From Eremomyces bilateralis CBS 781.70 (Eukaryota), in assembly GCA_010015585.1 (NCBI GenBank), contig ML975181.1: a stretch of 64,000 nucleotides of DNA. One strand, given 5' to 3'. The position numbers and the translations under genes were made by a program. Of this stretch, positions 11,960-26,170 are shown piece by piece (position 1 is the first letter of the stretch; each line of letters opens with the position of its first letter). The notes under the pieces were generated by a model. That model saw only the letters and a list, made by a program, of their open reading frames with translations, did no database searches and was not told where the DNA came from.

Positions 11960-13119
11960 GGTGCCGGAGACCTGTAATGTTGAGAGTGTGTATCAGAGTT
12001 AGGTTGGAAGCGGGACAGCTCCGGTAATGTGTTCTTCATATCTGACTCTGTGAGCCCTCAAGCTCGGGTCAAGATAAAAGATTATATGTCTGATTGGATC
12101 CGCTAATGTCATTGTCAATACCAAGGGCAATGTAGATGGCCTTGACGCATATCTGGTGAAGTATAAAAAGCTGTTTCTGCCTTATAGCTAGAACACTATT
12201 GGTAGATCGCGTAAACAGCGGCACTACTTTCAACATAAGGACTATACTTCTAATAAAGAGTAAGCCAATCAGTTATTCCGGAGACGTTTATGCCGCGGGA
12301 GAAAGGTAATGTTTGATTAAAATACCCCTGGCTTTTTTTCATAACTAGGGTTGACTGCCGGAATAGGGGAATCCACAATGGAAATTAAAGCTTTCCCAAT
12401 ATCGCGAATAACTTTGAAAATAAATACTTATTTAGGGATACAGTCCAACAATTCAACGCTGAGAGCACTGAATTATGTGCATATCAAAGGAGGTACCCGC
12501 CTTGGGCAGGAAAATGCAATGCCGTTATTGCATCATTACTTGCACATACCTACATTCCAAGCTCCTCTCAAAGCGTACAAGAGAGTGTGGATTGCCTTTT
12601 ACAAGGGAAACAATGACGAACAACATCCACTGTTTAGGCGTATGAAAGAACTTATCGGCCAACAGGCAGGATCTCTTTTTTGAGGTTATTGTGGACAATG
12701 AGGCGCGAACCCAAAGTCTTTCTTTTTTCAGGAATCTTGCCCAGCTTATCTCGACCTCTTTCACAGATCTAATCCCGCTTGTCAAAATGTTTTGTTTTGA
12801 GGAATTTGTCGATCATGGAAAATGGGCTAAGAAATCCAAGTTAGGTGAGGTAGGTGTTCAGTTTCAGTCATTCACTGTTTACTCGGAGATTTGTGTTGGC
12901 GACAAGCACTTCGAGTTTGGTATGCTGTTGACAAGGCGTTTGGTTCAAGGCGTCTCAGCGAGGGGATTGGCTTCTCAGTTTGGACGCGTCCCTTTTAGTT
13001 GTATTAGCATTGTTCAGTCTAAACTGGAGTTCAATAACCTCCACTGACGCAAAGCTAAAGACCACCGTTTTCGCATGCATCTCAGTCCGATCACTCAGTC
13101 TTCCGTTGACTAAAGGTCA

Positions 13120-14160
13120 TCACTCCATTTCTGCAAATACCCGTTGCTCAAATGATAACAGTGACATCTTGAGAATTAACAAACTAATAGAGGCAGCTAG
13201 AACAGGTTCGAACATACACCAACCTCCAGCGGGAGAAATGGGTGGGGTAGACGTCCGACACACACTGAGCACATCTTCACTGCAGCATGGTCCGCAGTTT
13301 ATGCACACGACCTTTGGTATGCTGAGGATGGAGGACATTCATGTGAAAGCTAGGCCATTTCGAATGTCGGTAAGGTTAACCTGTTTAGTACGTATACTTC
13401 CGTGTGATATAATTTAGGAAATGTCCATCGGCAGTCTATGTTCCCTGCGCAATCTATGGGGCATGTTCTCGGGGGGAGTGGGGGATAACTCCATTCCGGC
13501 TGTAGATAGGATCCTATATCCAGTGAAAGGAAGCCATCGCTTACTGATACCGGTATGTTCGGCAACAGTTTGATAGGCGGGGACGTTCCATGTCATCAGC
13601 ACATCAGAAGATGCCGGAAGTCCGCAGGGCAAACACAAGCAAAGTGCTCATGTCAGAGTTAACACTAAATGGTGGGTAAAACCGGCATTCCTAATTATAC
13701 CTTACCTATCAGTCACACCGACATGCTGGCATCTTCAAAGATCCCTAACACGTTATCCGTGTGGGGCAACACTATTATGGACCTAGAGTTCCCCCTAGTC
13801 GGCGTTGTCGACAGCAACGACAGGCCGCCAACCCCCGACTTTGAAGCACTCTCGCTTGCGAAGAATAAATGAGGGAAAGCCATGCAGCCCCGACAATGAG
13901 CCATGATGCGGGGTTGACACCCTCCTTGTAGGGGAAAGGAGGATTCCCTGGATATCAGTCATCATCCCTAGTCGGACAGGGAGAGATGCAAAGATTTGTG
14001 AGTGGATAAATGAGAGTTTCCTGGTTCACAAAAGGAGGACAACACACTGTAGAGGCATGAGGGGTTACAGAAACTAGATGAGGGGTTTGTGAAGGGGTGG
14101 TTCATGCAGGCATTCGGTGGGCAGGGCAGATATCGAGAGTTTTGTGTCCAAGGACTGCCA
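13120..14160 (-). pseudogene. Heavily decayed F-box-protein-like remnant
   Basis: LSISALPTECLHE (14139-14101) continues after a frameshift as FTNPSSSFCNPSCLYSVLSSFCEP, resembling an F-box. Broken protein-like fragments follow with many stops and frameshifts. Confidence 0.3.
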
Positions 14161-17100
14161 ATACGCTTGCTGTAGCTCGTCTTTCTGCAGACAAAGAGGG
14201 GAGTTGGTAGGGAATAGTGCAATCCGAACTATAGAAGCTCAGGAAGCTACTGGTGGAAAGTATCGACATGTCGAACAGGGGATCTCCGGTAGGGCAGCGG
14301 TTGTGACCGACTGCATAACCAGTCCTCCCACTCGGCCTGAATATCTCGAGGGCAACAACGAGGAGTTGCCAGGGTTACAAGGCCATTGAGAATCTCAGAA
14401 GGATGGTCCCGCTGGGAGCGATATGGAAAGAAACCTGATGATGTCCAACGCAGTTTAGGAGCCCACAGGGAGGACATAGGAACCATCATTTAATATTCGT
14501 TGGAGGCCACTATTGCATTCGAGTGTAATCCGAAGTTTGGCTCGATACTCAACGCTAGTTCATCCCGTTAAGATCCAGTGATCTGTACGACTTAGTCTTC
14601 CCTTCTTCGGCCCGATCGTAGCGAGAGAGCCATGATAATCATATATCCTGCCTCATCGAGTTTAGTTGCATGTAAGCCATATACGATTTGAAGAAGGCCT
14701 ACAGAGACGACATCTTGAATTCATGGCGCAATATACCACCGTAGACGCGCAACATACCTGTACTTGGGCATAGTCAACTACCGAAGGGTTTCGCGGCCGA
14801 GGTCATTAGAGGCCGCACAGTAATACTTGGCAAGATTGAGATACGCTTTCAATTGCTGCCTTCCTTGATTGATACAGGTTCCCTGCGCTCTCGCTGATAA
14901 TTTCCAGCGGCTCCGGCGCGTTCAAAATGGGCAGATTTCCATATCAAAGTATTGGACGAAAAAGTGAGTCTGTATAAAGGCAGGTGAAATTCACCGAGGC
15001 CCGTGCAGATGAAAGGTTGATATGGATATCCTGCTGGAGATCGACCGTATCTTTACGCCACGGAGATCAAGCTCCAGAGAAATCCCAGGCTTCTCATCGG
15101 GCTACCCCACGCACAATTCGGCGACCTCAAACCGCAGATTTGAGGTTTGATGAATGAGGCTGGGGTTGGAAATATGGGAACCAGTTCAGCGGTACCGTCA
15201 CCAGCAGAAACCCGAGATTGGAAGGGACAGATAGGTAGCTTTAATATTGAACTGGTACTGCAATGAATAATCGCAATCCGGGGGACCGCCGAATGATTCT
15301 CTCCGGAAGCCTTCATTGGTTACGAAGTCCCCTGGTGCTACCAAGCGGGATGAACGGAAACCGGACAGTGCTGTTCACATGGTCTTTTCTAATCGCAATG
15401 ATGGGCTGATTCAGGAATTCGGCGGAAGGAACCGGGATATTTGATATCGATCGAAAGAGGAGTCAAGCATAGCCTTGATAGAGAACTTGAAGCTGCGGTT
15501 ACATCTCAGATAAAGTGCATTAATTCCATGTACCATCTGGAATCTCTTTAGACTGTCGGCGTATCGGGGTTTGAAGATAGGAAAATTCGATATAGACCGT
15601 CAAACTAGGACTTGAACGCTGCTCGGCAAGATATGAACCTCCGGAAAAATTGTGAAGCACGGTACACACTTCTGAGGTTGTAGAATACCACATCCAAGAC
15701 GCCATTTGATCGGCGCGGAGTTCATTTTCCTGGTCCGGTGATTCTGCCTTGGTTGTACGTATCCAGGTCCACGTATGAGGACTGATCAGGCCAGTCCGGT
15801 GCCCGTAAAACGGCCTTCGGAGCAAATCTGTGTTGGAAATGAAGAGTGACTTGGACCAGGACAGGGTCCATGGCAATATACCAAACCCTGTAATATGTCC
15901 GAACTTCAGGGCTTCCAGAATCTTTCGGCTTTCAAGGCAACAGGTGTTGCAGGTACGTCATGGCTCGGGGCAATCAAAACGTACCTGAAGGTCTCGGAGC
16001 TCCGGAGCCGGAATCGTGAGACGAGTACGAATATGTCAAGGCTAGACGTCCCTTCACCGTCAAAACATTAATCTTTTGTTAATATAGGCAAGGGCAGGAC
16101 TGATTCTGATGGTGGACATCCTTCTCGAAGATCGCTACATTCCGAATATACCAATGAGTGGTTGTTAATTTCCGGTTCCAGGGACGATGTACAGACGAGC
16201 ATGGGTGGTTTCATCTGAGTTCATTGCCATCCCATGCTCTCTCGTCAGAAGACAAACCCGGTATATGGCAGTCGCTTCTGAAAGGATCATGCATGTCCAA
16301 TCATCATGCCCTTGTCCTATCAGTCGAAGATGCATCGCTGTTCGAAGCAAACGCACAGCGACAGCCTGATCACAGCCCGAAGACAAGGGAATTAATCCAT
16401 CCAGGGCTGTTGATTTTGTGAATACCCAACACACTGGGTAATCTGACTCTTCGTAGTTCATCATATGTCTTCCGGGTGTTTTGAGTTCAGAAATCAGGAC
16501 AGGATGAACACGACTCGTTTCGTCTCATATTATCTGTGGAACAGGTTCCATAAAATCAGATGCTTCAAGGAACAGCTCAGCCATTCATATTCCGTGGAAT
16601 CCTCAAAGATTAATGCCGAGCTGCAATTTCGAGCTCAAGCACTTGACAGGTGTTATGTATTCCATGTGCGTGAGAGGAGGAATTCAAGAATAACAGCCAT
16701 CAGATGAAGAGAGGTGAGTGCCTAAGTGGTGGCTTGTGATGATGTGGGTGGCTGGAATACGAGAGGCCTGGGCTTCAATGCTGGTTGAAAATATGAAATC
16801 TATCCCCCACAACATCAGGAATGGATCGCTGGGTTGTGGACATATCATCTCGTTGGTGAATCTCTGCGATTCTGATAAATGAACAGCCTATAACGGATGC
16901 AGATGCTGGAAAGAGCTTTTGTTACATGTCCCTTTTTAGAGGTTTCCCACTGCCTAAACAGGAGGTGACTGAAGAGGCGCTTGACGGAAACTTTCCACTG
17001 ATATAACTACATGAGTTTTGCTTCTAAAGTAGGGTATATTGTGTATCCTACCGGTATTGATGTGTGTAATCTTTCACCCCAATGCTTTGTTGGCATATCT

Positions 17101-19493
17101 TTTTACTACAATTTCCTTTCGATCCAAAGATATTCCTTTGCAGAATTCCTACCAGCAAATGTGTCAATCTTCAAATACTTTCCAATAATACAAGCTAGGA
17201 TTACGATACTGTCTGGGTTCAGTTAGTATTCCTTTGGCTTCGGTGGCCCTATTTCATCGAGTTAATCGCCGGCATGCTTGGATTCGACGCCTCCGGGCGA
17301 CGATCCACCATTCCACCTGAGGGCAAGTGTCCGGCCCCAGCCACCGGGAAAAGGTCCATATGCAGCCATCATCACGTTCATGTTGGCTGTACGGAGTACG
17401 GAAGTATGATCATACATATTTGATTGATGATATAGAACAGGATCGAGACACAAGACCGGTTTCGCACCTAATGTTTCGATATGGAGTCATAGCTTTACCG
17501 GGGCGGCTCAACACAAACTGAACGATGCATGCAAGTCTCAGCTTAAAGGCTTGAGGATCAAAGCGAAGTCCGTGATGCCTGTCACGAAGTGACCCAGGCA
17601 CATAGATCTTACATTTCGGTGACAGGATCTCTGTGCAATCAAGGCAATTGGTCAATACAGCATTCGAATTCCAGATTGGCCTCTCAGCAACGATTTATCA
17701 CCTAGATCAGGCCAGCATATCACTCAGAGCCTCACTTTCGATCTCTGTTCAACTGCGACAGTGGACCAAACGGCGGCTGTAGCACGTTGTTGGACTGTTC
17801 CTGGTATTTCATGCAGCGCCTGTCCGAACAAGCTGAGACTTCGATGAGTTCTAGCAGGCATTTTGCTTCTAACGGTGTTACACAACCTATCTCGACTGGT
17901 CTTGATTGCACTGATATCCACCTGTGCTCCGCAGCGGAGACTGTCCCCCGACATTGTGGCTTGCGAGCGGTTTTAGGGCAACACACGCTGGTCATCCGGG
18001 TGCCCGGTAGAAGGTTCTGTATACACGTCTGTTCCGATGTCTTCAGGCATGGCGCGGCAGGGATTTTGTGGTCGATAACTGCCTGGTGTACGTCTCTGAC
18101 CTGACGTGTTTCCGCCCGCGATGCAAAAGTGTCACATTCCTGATCCATGCTGTCCCTCATCCCAACCATGACACTTTGGAATCATTCAAGCATCTGTTAC
18201 GCAAGGTTTTGATAGCGTTTTGGACTCCAATGTCGAAGGGATACTCTTGCGGGTGCGGAGTCTGGAACCAGGACCGTGTAGCCTGGAAGTCCATCGTGTG
18301 GACGTTGAAGGCCATGCCGGACTTTTCTGTTTTTGTTGAAAGATGCATCTCACATGTGGAGCAAAGCAGAGTGTTCTGTCACATCCACAGTATCTGCATG
18401 ATTCATTGTCCCGGGTTGCCACCTTACGCCATTTGCAGATTTGCTAGCGAAGACGCGCATGCGTTCTTATTGACGGCTTTTGGAACTTGCATTCACGTTG
18501 CATGCACGCTCCGATTTCACTCCACCTCATACCAATCTACTCTACTGCAGACATTCAGAACAACGATAGCCCGCGCAATGGGTGCAGGGTAAAGATTGGA
18601 CCAGCCGTGCGATTGACGTCCCCGACTCTGAGCCTAGAAGACGGGTTCCCACCGGGGACACCCATTCCCGGGCGGATCGTGGGACGCTTCGCTTCGCTGA
18701 CCATCCCCCATGATGAAAACCGTCGCGACACGGCGACACAAGATGTCCCTGCTCATACTTGGGGAACCAGTCCTCGCATTTGTGCCCCGCAGATGACGGG
18801 CCATTTCCCCCAAAACAATTCATAAGCACGTAAGTGAGCATATCCTTGACAGCGGGCGCCGAGTAAGGGTCTGCCACACGCCCTCTTTCAACATCGATGC
18901 CCATCAACTCACGATCTATCAACATCCGATTTCTATCTCCCCAATCGCCGTTGGATCCTAGCCCTGCCAACTCCCATAGCTGCCCAGCCTTAACGTTGTG
19001 GACAGCCACCGTCATTGGAATCAGACCCTGTCGAAAGGGTTCATCTAGGATCAGCCTTGTTTCCTCACCTAACAGCTACATACGACAAGCCTCGGTTGCT
19101 TCATGACAACATGCCCGGGGATAGTTGACCTCAATCCTGGAAAGTACCCTTCGTTCCATCGAAGGTCGGCGCCTGTACGGACGCCGTTAGCGATTAGGTG
19201 ACAGCCGGCTCTAGGTCTGACGATCCCTCAGTCCGTCGATCCAGATACACCATTGATAGAAGGGCTGGTTCGCAGCCTTCAGCGCTTGCACAAGAGTCCT
19301 TCCATGTCCGCCGTATATGGGAAAATCGAGTATTGCTGGCTTTGTTCCCAGACACGATTCACTCTTAGAACGGCCCTTTTTCCCTTCGTCTTATTCTCCC
19401 GCCCCTTCTGACATCGGTTTGCTGCAGACTGGATTTCCGGATGTGGTATTTCCCCAAGACATCCGGAACTGAGTTTCGTTAAATTCGTCACGC

Positions 19494-20957
19494 ATGTCAA
19501 AACCTCCCTCTCTTCCGCCTATACATGCGCAGCACACAACATCGCCGATGCCCACCATGACCGAAACTCAGAGCGCTCCCCAGTTCCCTCCTCCAGCATT
19601 CTTGGATTATTCGCAACGACGGCTTCCACAGCCGATCCAACTCCCTCCTTTGACCATCCCCCCTCCGCCACCTTCTCGATCCGACTTTCAGTATAGCCCG
19701 ACTGTCCAGCATCTACCATCCATCCATTCCAGACCTCCCCCTCCACCACCTTCGCTATCGGGTCAAGTTCCGAGTCCTATCCCCGGACCGCCGCATCACA
19801 CTGCCCCCGCTCGGTATCATCATCCTCGTTCGCACTCTGGTTCAGCTGCCCCGCTTGAGAAGCTGCTATCACCGCATCCATTCACTCCCCCGAGGTCAGA
19901 TCCTGCGTACTCGCCCCAATATGAACCGAAAAGATCCCCTCCAAGATCCGCTGTGGACACCCGTCCTCCCCCAAGTCGCCTAACTGAGAAGTTCCATCTG
20001 GATGATTCACGCCCTTCAACAGCCGAATCCGTCTTCGCATCTCCTGTGGAGTCCCAAAGACATCCCTTTGCATCTTTCCCCTCGCCTCAAGGGACCTCCA
20101 ATTTCCCTTCTAGTTCGACGACCTACCGTGGATCAGTGGGCTCGCATCGCGGTTCCACAGGTTCAGCGTATGCCCCCCCTGGGTATCCAGAACCGGTCAC
20201 GACGGCTCCCAAAATGGTCTCCATGGTGCCCCCGCCGCCATCATCTACGGGAAAGGAGTAAGTTTATGGGGAGAGGAAAGAGAAATATCAAGGACTGATT
20301 TCAACCAGGAGACCACTGAAATATGAACTGCGAGTCCGGCAACAGCCGGTCGCAGCGCGTGCCTGCGGGTTCGGTGAACGAGACAGGAGAGTGATCGATC
20401 CTCCGCCAATCGTCCAGCTTCATGTCACAGATACGCAAACGGGAAGCGACAATCTGGACGAACTCCGATACTCTCTCAACGTCGTCCATTGCACCCTCTA
20501 TAACGCCGACGGAACGTCTGAAGAAACGGCCCTGATACAGCCCGATCGTCGAACGACCCGAAGGCTCATGGGGCAACTTGTCGCCAGTCCCTGCGTCGCC
20601 AAGGATGAGCACGACATCGAAGGCTGCTTTTTCTGCTTCCCGGACTTATCTTGCCGAACCCATGGGCACTACCGTCTCCGATTCGTGTTGATGCGGATAG
20701 ATCCGACCGACCTACATGTTGGCGGATCCACCCCGATCATTACCGAAGTGCTGAGTGACGTGTTCACGGTCTATACGGCCAAGGATTTCCCTGGCATGCG
20801 TCCAAGTAGCGCTTTGACGAGGGCACTGAAATTGCAAGGCTGCAACATTCAAGTCAAGAAAGGGAACGAGAAAGCATTGACCCGGAAGCGAGCATCTACG
20901 AGCGACGACGACGACGCGGGCGGAGATGGACGGCGGGATAAGAGAAGGAAAGAGTAG
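19494..20957 (+). CDS. velC: Velvet-family regulator, VelC type
   Basis: Pro-rich N-terminus, intron 20258-20308, then velvet domain YELRVRQQPVAARACGFGERDRRVIDPPPIVQL...RRLMGQLVASP...FFCFPDLSCRTHGHYRLRFVLMRI...SDVFTVYTAKDFPGMRPSSALTRALKLQG. A C-terminal velvet domain is the VelC architecture. Confidence 0.9.
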
Positions 20958-21906
20958 TGCGCATGTCCCATCCACTGCATTCCGCCTTGGGGGTGCACTA
21001 CTCAGCACTATTTTGCAGCATTTGACGGGTTTCGGATATGTTGCATTTGCGAACATTCGACAATAGACAGGCGGTGTGGCTAGCTGCTGATGAATGTTTT
21101 TTTGGTTTTGGTACTGGCATGGAGTGAAACGAACTCAGAGATGACTTTTCAACGGCTGCTCACCTCAAGCGATTGGGCATCTTGGCTCCATCGGACGAGG
21201 CACGAGCATACTTTTCTCGTTCTTGATGCGTCTTCGATTCTTCTCGGGGAGCGATAGGGGGGATCGTTGCCCACGCAAATACCCACCCCCTTTTCTTTCT
21301 TGCTTTCGTTTTGAAAACACAATCCTCGAATGCCGTTCAAGAATGCTGGTTGTCAGGACAGATTGCATCCTCGAATTCCTTGTCGATGACGCCCACGTTT
21401 GTTTTGCGGTTGGCGTGGTGCCGGTCTGCTGTTACGATTGGCGATGCCAGGCACGAGATCGCACGACAGTACCGTTGTTGGTTTTGCACGATTGGTGATT
21501 GTTGAACGATCTCCATTCCCCCTGAAGGGAATACTTGTAAACAACGCTCCAGTCTGTCGTTCCTGGTCATTGGCATACATGTAGCTTTCCGTAGCACTTG
21601 GCGGTCCATGGAATTGACTTGTATGGAGCTGAATATATGAGCGATCACAATTGTCCAATGTTGCTTTGTGTCTGGTATTCGTACCGTACCATGGCGCATA
21701 CCATTACACAATGCTTATGCTCATGATTTTCATTCAAGTTCTTTGTGTTGTTGGAGTACACTCCCCCCAACTACTAGTTTAGGCACGCTCACTGCTAATA
21801 CCTGCGCATGAATAAGGATACACTGTATCATTCCGAGCAGCATCACTATCGCACCTAAATCATCCATACCTACCCCTGGATCTATGTCCCACAGGGCAGA
21901 CGTCTC

Positions 21907-22905
21907 TCATTTGAACACCGCCCATCTTCTTGCCAATTCCAGCCCTTCCGCCATCGTTCCCACTCGCGCATCGATTCCATACCCTTCCTTCTCCAGCCTC
22001 AGACATTCCGTGTACAAGTCCTTTAGCGGTACTTCGAAGCATTCGATGAATTCATTATCCTCCAACTGCGGCGTAGGGTTCTGGTTTGTAGGCAGAGACA
22101 TATCCACTTGGATATGCACCATCTGAAGGTTTGTATCGCAGAATCCCGGGTCTGGTGGGCATGGGTGATTGTCAATGCCCCATCTCGAGATGATGAAAGA
22201 AAGTGTTGGACTGAATCTGGAGGAGTGTTGTAGGGATGGATAAACTGGAACCACATACCATTGAACATCACAAAGCCCGCCCCATCACCAATCACCTCCC
22301 CGACATATCCCGTCTCCTCCTTCAGCTCTCTCAACGCACACTCCTCGGGCGTCTCGTTCGGATCAATAAGACCTGCAGGGTGCTCGATACAGATCCTCGT
22401 TGTCGGAGGCCGGAATTGTTTCTGCAACAAAATGGTCGGTTCGTCTGATCCTTGGCCTGGCCGGTTGCGCAGGATGGCTACGATCCCGACCCCGTCGATC
22501 TTGGAGCCGGCCGGACGGGTGGGACGACGGGCATGTTCCCAGGTTCGTTTGACGCCATTGGGATCGATGTACGTTGTTCTGGTGGATGATTAATAGACGA
22601 ATTTTGGAGAAGGGGCGCGTTGGGGATCTTGAGAAGGGGGTGATACAGGCAGGGTAGGGGCAAGGGCCAGGGGGCTTGAGGTAACCATTCATCAGTTGTA
22701 TCTCAAAAGCTACGAGGCATCATACTTAATAAGACCAGTCCAACGAGCTTCGGAGGCGTCCTATATTATATATTGTTAGATTCTATATTAGATCTCCCCG
22801 TAGGCCGCAAGGTGCAGAAAATGTACCGAAGTCACTTGAAGCGGAAGTGTGGGTACGACTCACCAGTGGTTCGGTAGACAGAATCTTAGATTTATTCGAA
22901 TCCAT
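21907..22905 (-). CDS. YSA1: Nudix hydrolase, ADP-ribose pyrophosphatase (Ysa1/NUDT5-like)
   Basis: Four exons: MDSNKSKILSTEPL / DASEARWTGLIK / TTYIDPNGVKRTWE...QKQFRPP...PAGLIDPNETPEECALRELKEETGY (Nudix box) / DPGFCDTNL...EFIECFEVPL...IDARVGTMAEG. Confidence 0.92.
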
Positions 22906-25900
22906 TGTGGCAGAATCTCTGGTTTCACCACTACCTAGATACTTATTGTTCAATTGAAACCAGAAGAGTTGGGTGAAGGTCTGATGTTTGATGTCTGATA
23001 TGACGTTGTGACAAGCGCGATCGAAGTGTGACGTGCACGGATTCTCTCTTCCTTTGATCGACGCCAGTCAGCACTACAGAGCATTTCAACATTTAAGCTT
23101 CAGCCATACTTCTAAGTTCTACGTCTAAGACCTAGTGATCAGCAAAGATCGAGCTTTAGAATAAGTGCGGAATATTGTAGTTAAACTCGAATGTCAATTA
23201 GTTATGCCTACTTCGAGATTATCCGAAATCCAGTGTGGCGTAGGAGGATTCCATGTCCAACACACGCAGGTTGGAGATGTCTGCCACTAGACTTAGGAAT
23301 ACCTTTTATTACAGCTCTCTGTGCACTTCAACAGTCCAGCTTGACGACGCTGGCCAGCTGTTCAATTAATTACAGGGAGCATCCTATTGATTCGACTGTA
23401 AGAACAAGAGACTGGGCAACCCATTGATACACCAGAGGATGATATATGCCGTTCCCTGAGACTTGTCCTTTCTCCATTCGTGGCATTAGAGCTTGCTTCA
23501 AAAGACGACAACTCATCGTCGCAATACATAGTAGGACATGTTTAGACATCGATTCCTTTTTCCTTTTTCTTCAGCTTTAGTTTCAGGAAAGAAGGCGTTG
23601 CTTGTCCTCCATAAGCGAGGGGCTGAGAACGTGGATGACCAATGACCGTGCGAACAAACGAACTGAATTAGAATTTACAAATAATTATCACAGGTCAGAA
23701 CTTAGAAGTCAGAACTCATGGCTGGCGGACATCATTGCGCGTGGCGCCGTGTTGCTACATGAACGGTGGACTCCTCTCTCGGAAATCGACAGGAGCCAGG
23801 AAGAGCCATTGGCCCACCATTATCCGTACCACTATCGATGATTCGGGTGGACTGGGGACGTATTTGACAGACGCCAACTAACATAATACGCCAAAATCCG
23901 AAAACTCTGGGAGAAGGGAAACAAGTTGAGCGCCTATTGGGCGGTTAAGTACATAACGATGAGGGCTCAATCTCGAACCAGACCCCAAGTTCAACCTGTG
24001 GAGCGAAAATTTCTATTGCCTAGCTAATGGCAATTGGCTGGTGCTCACAGGCTGCTCTATTCCATCGAAAAAGCCAGATAATATTGGTATGTATTGGTGG
24101 CAGGAATCGCGTGATCCAGGCCCAGCATTCTAAAGGGGGATTTCAACAACTGAGAACAGTGTGAAGTCTAGAACTCCAATGAACGACAGGCAGAAGCGAG
24201 CAGCAGAGAGTGTCTCTTTGCTGCCAGCCTCCTCCGGCTTCTAAGAGTTGAACTGTGGAGAGGAATGGTGAAGGGAGCATAGAGTTCACAACATCAACTG
24301 TCAAACGCCGGTGGCTTTCATAGAGTGGCCAAAATGCAGCTGGAAGAGTGACAACTTGACGTGACAACTTTTGACGTGCTTCACGGAGGAAACAAGGATA
24401 ACGGGCCGGAATCGAGAAAGAATCAGTTGACATTTCTCCTGGAATTCGGACGCCATTATCAGACTTCCTGCAACTCCGTAGCCCCGCAGGATTTGCCCAT
24501 CTTCCATGCTTCCCACTTTCCCAGTTCCTGCACGCTAACATTCCCCCATCCGGTATTTCCTCCAAGCCCCTTGGTCCAGGCCAATACGGTTTGGCCCATC
24601 GTAGCCATCCTCGACCTCTGACTTTTCTCTGCAACTGGCGCAACGCCGCGCAAAAGGATTTATGAGGATCCACGAATTGGATTCATAATATTAAGTGGAG
24701 GGCAGAGACGCTCTTCATCTTGCGACAACCACGCGATGGTGGGGAAGCGCCTCCTTTCTCCTTGTCCAAACCAAAGCCAATTAAGTGCCCCTTTCGGAGC
24801 TAAAACTCTGTTTGGCGGATGGTCAAGTCGGGATCGAAGCTACGACACCCGTGGCGCATCCGCTTTACCTGTTCCTGAATGGTGCTGGACGAAATATCCT
24901 GGTGATGTGCTGGCCGTCTCCGGCCGACGAATTAACGATGCGCGCCCGGTGCGCCTCACCGTCCACTCGACGCTCTTCTGGGAATGGCGCATCTCGTCTC
25001 CGTCCAGTCCGGCGCATTGGCCGCCATCCATTCCAACTTCGTTACATCGAGTCTCTGCACGTGCTTCTCGTCTTTGTCCCCGTGGACAGCGTATGCAATC
25101 AATTTTGCCCTAGAGGGGGGAAGAGGACCAAGAGAAGAGGTGGACATGAGAATATTTTCACTGATTTAGACATTTATGAGTTGGGCGTTCGATGCTGTGG
25201 TATATCACTGGCTGGACAACTATAGGCGGTAGGACTCTGTCGTCCCGTTTCTGGAATGGAGCATCGACGGGCGAGGTCCACATTAGCACCTTCCAGTCTT
25301 CAGACCAATGCAACGAGAAGAAAGCCTTTCTTTAAGCTCGGAGCAGAAACCCATCCGTACGCCGAAACTCTCGTGCGGGGGATGGCTTGCCATGGGTCCA
25401 TGGCTTGCGTTCTTCTCAAGCGAGAAGCGACAGAAGCCATTCATGCTTCCAAATGTCTACTCGACCGGACGTTTCATTCGCTCGGCACGAACCTGGTTCC
25501 TTGGCACCAATCCAAACTTAGCTCGATTGTTTCTAAACTGTCGGCAACTCGAGAATTCGTCCATTTGGTGTGATCCAAAGAGGCAACAGCGCAAGCGATG
25601 TGGCTCGTCCTTTGGCAAAGACGCCTTGTCCAGTCCAAGGTTTCTGGAATATGGCCCGTCTTGCGGTTGGCCAAACTTGAAGTATGGGACCTCTCCTCCA
25701 GTCTAAATCGTCTTCTGATCTCTTGGACTTCCATCTCTTCTCTCCGAAGTCTCTCGTTTCTGGTCACACGTCTCTCTCTGTTCCGATTCTGCTTGCGCTT
25801 GTCATTCGTTTGTCTGTATTTCTAATACATAGTTGCGCCTCTGAGCAATTCCCTTTCCTACTCGTTAATTCTACTGGGCCTAGCGTTACCATCCAGTAAT

Positions 25901-26170
25901 CCATCATCCAGATCACGCCGGAATCCATGTCCATGGGATCGTTCATACTGTAATGATCCTCGGCGATCTCCTCACAAAAGTATCGCATATATAATCACTG
26001 TCACTACTGTGTTACCTGTCCTAGCACTCTGGACCTCGATCATCGGTGGGATGTTCCTATAATCCCCGCGATTATCCGCGCGTGGTTGCTTCTCATCTCG
26101 TCCGTTGTTCGAATCGACCGTTGGTTGGCAAATAGGACCCATATCTTGAAGCTCCTGCTTTTCATACACA

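Noticed and set aside
17300..19110. ORFs of 105-174 aa upstream of velC
   Set aside because: Mostly non-ATG starts, overlapping on both strands, with no motifs; likely promoter or leader sequence.
21100..21750. Overlapping short ORFs between velC and the Nudix gene
   Set aside because: No convincing start, splice model or domain; cannot be supported as a gene.
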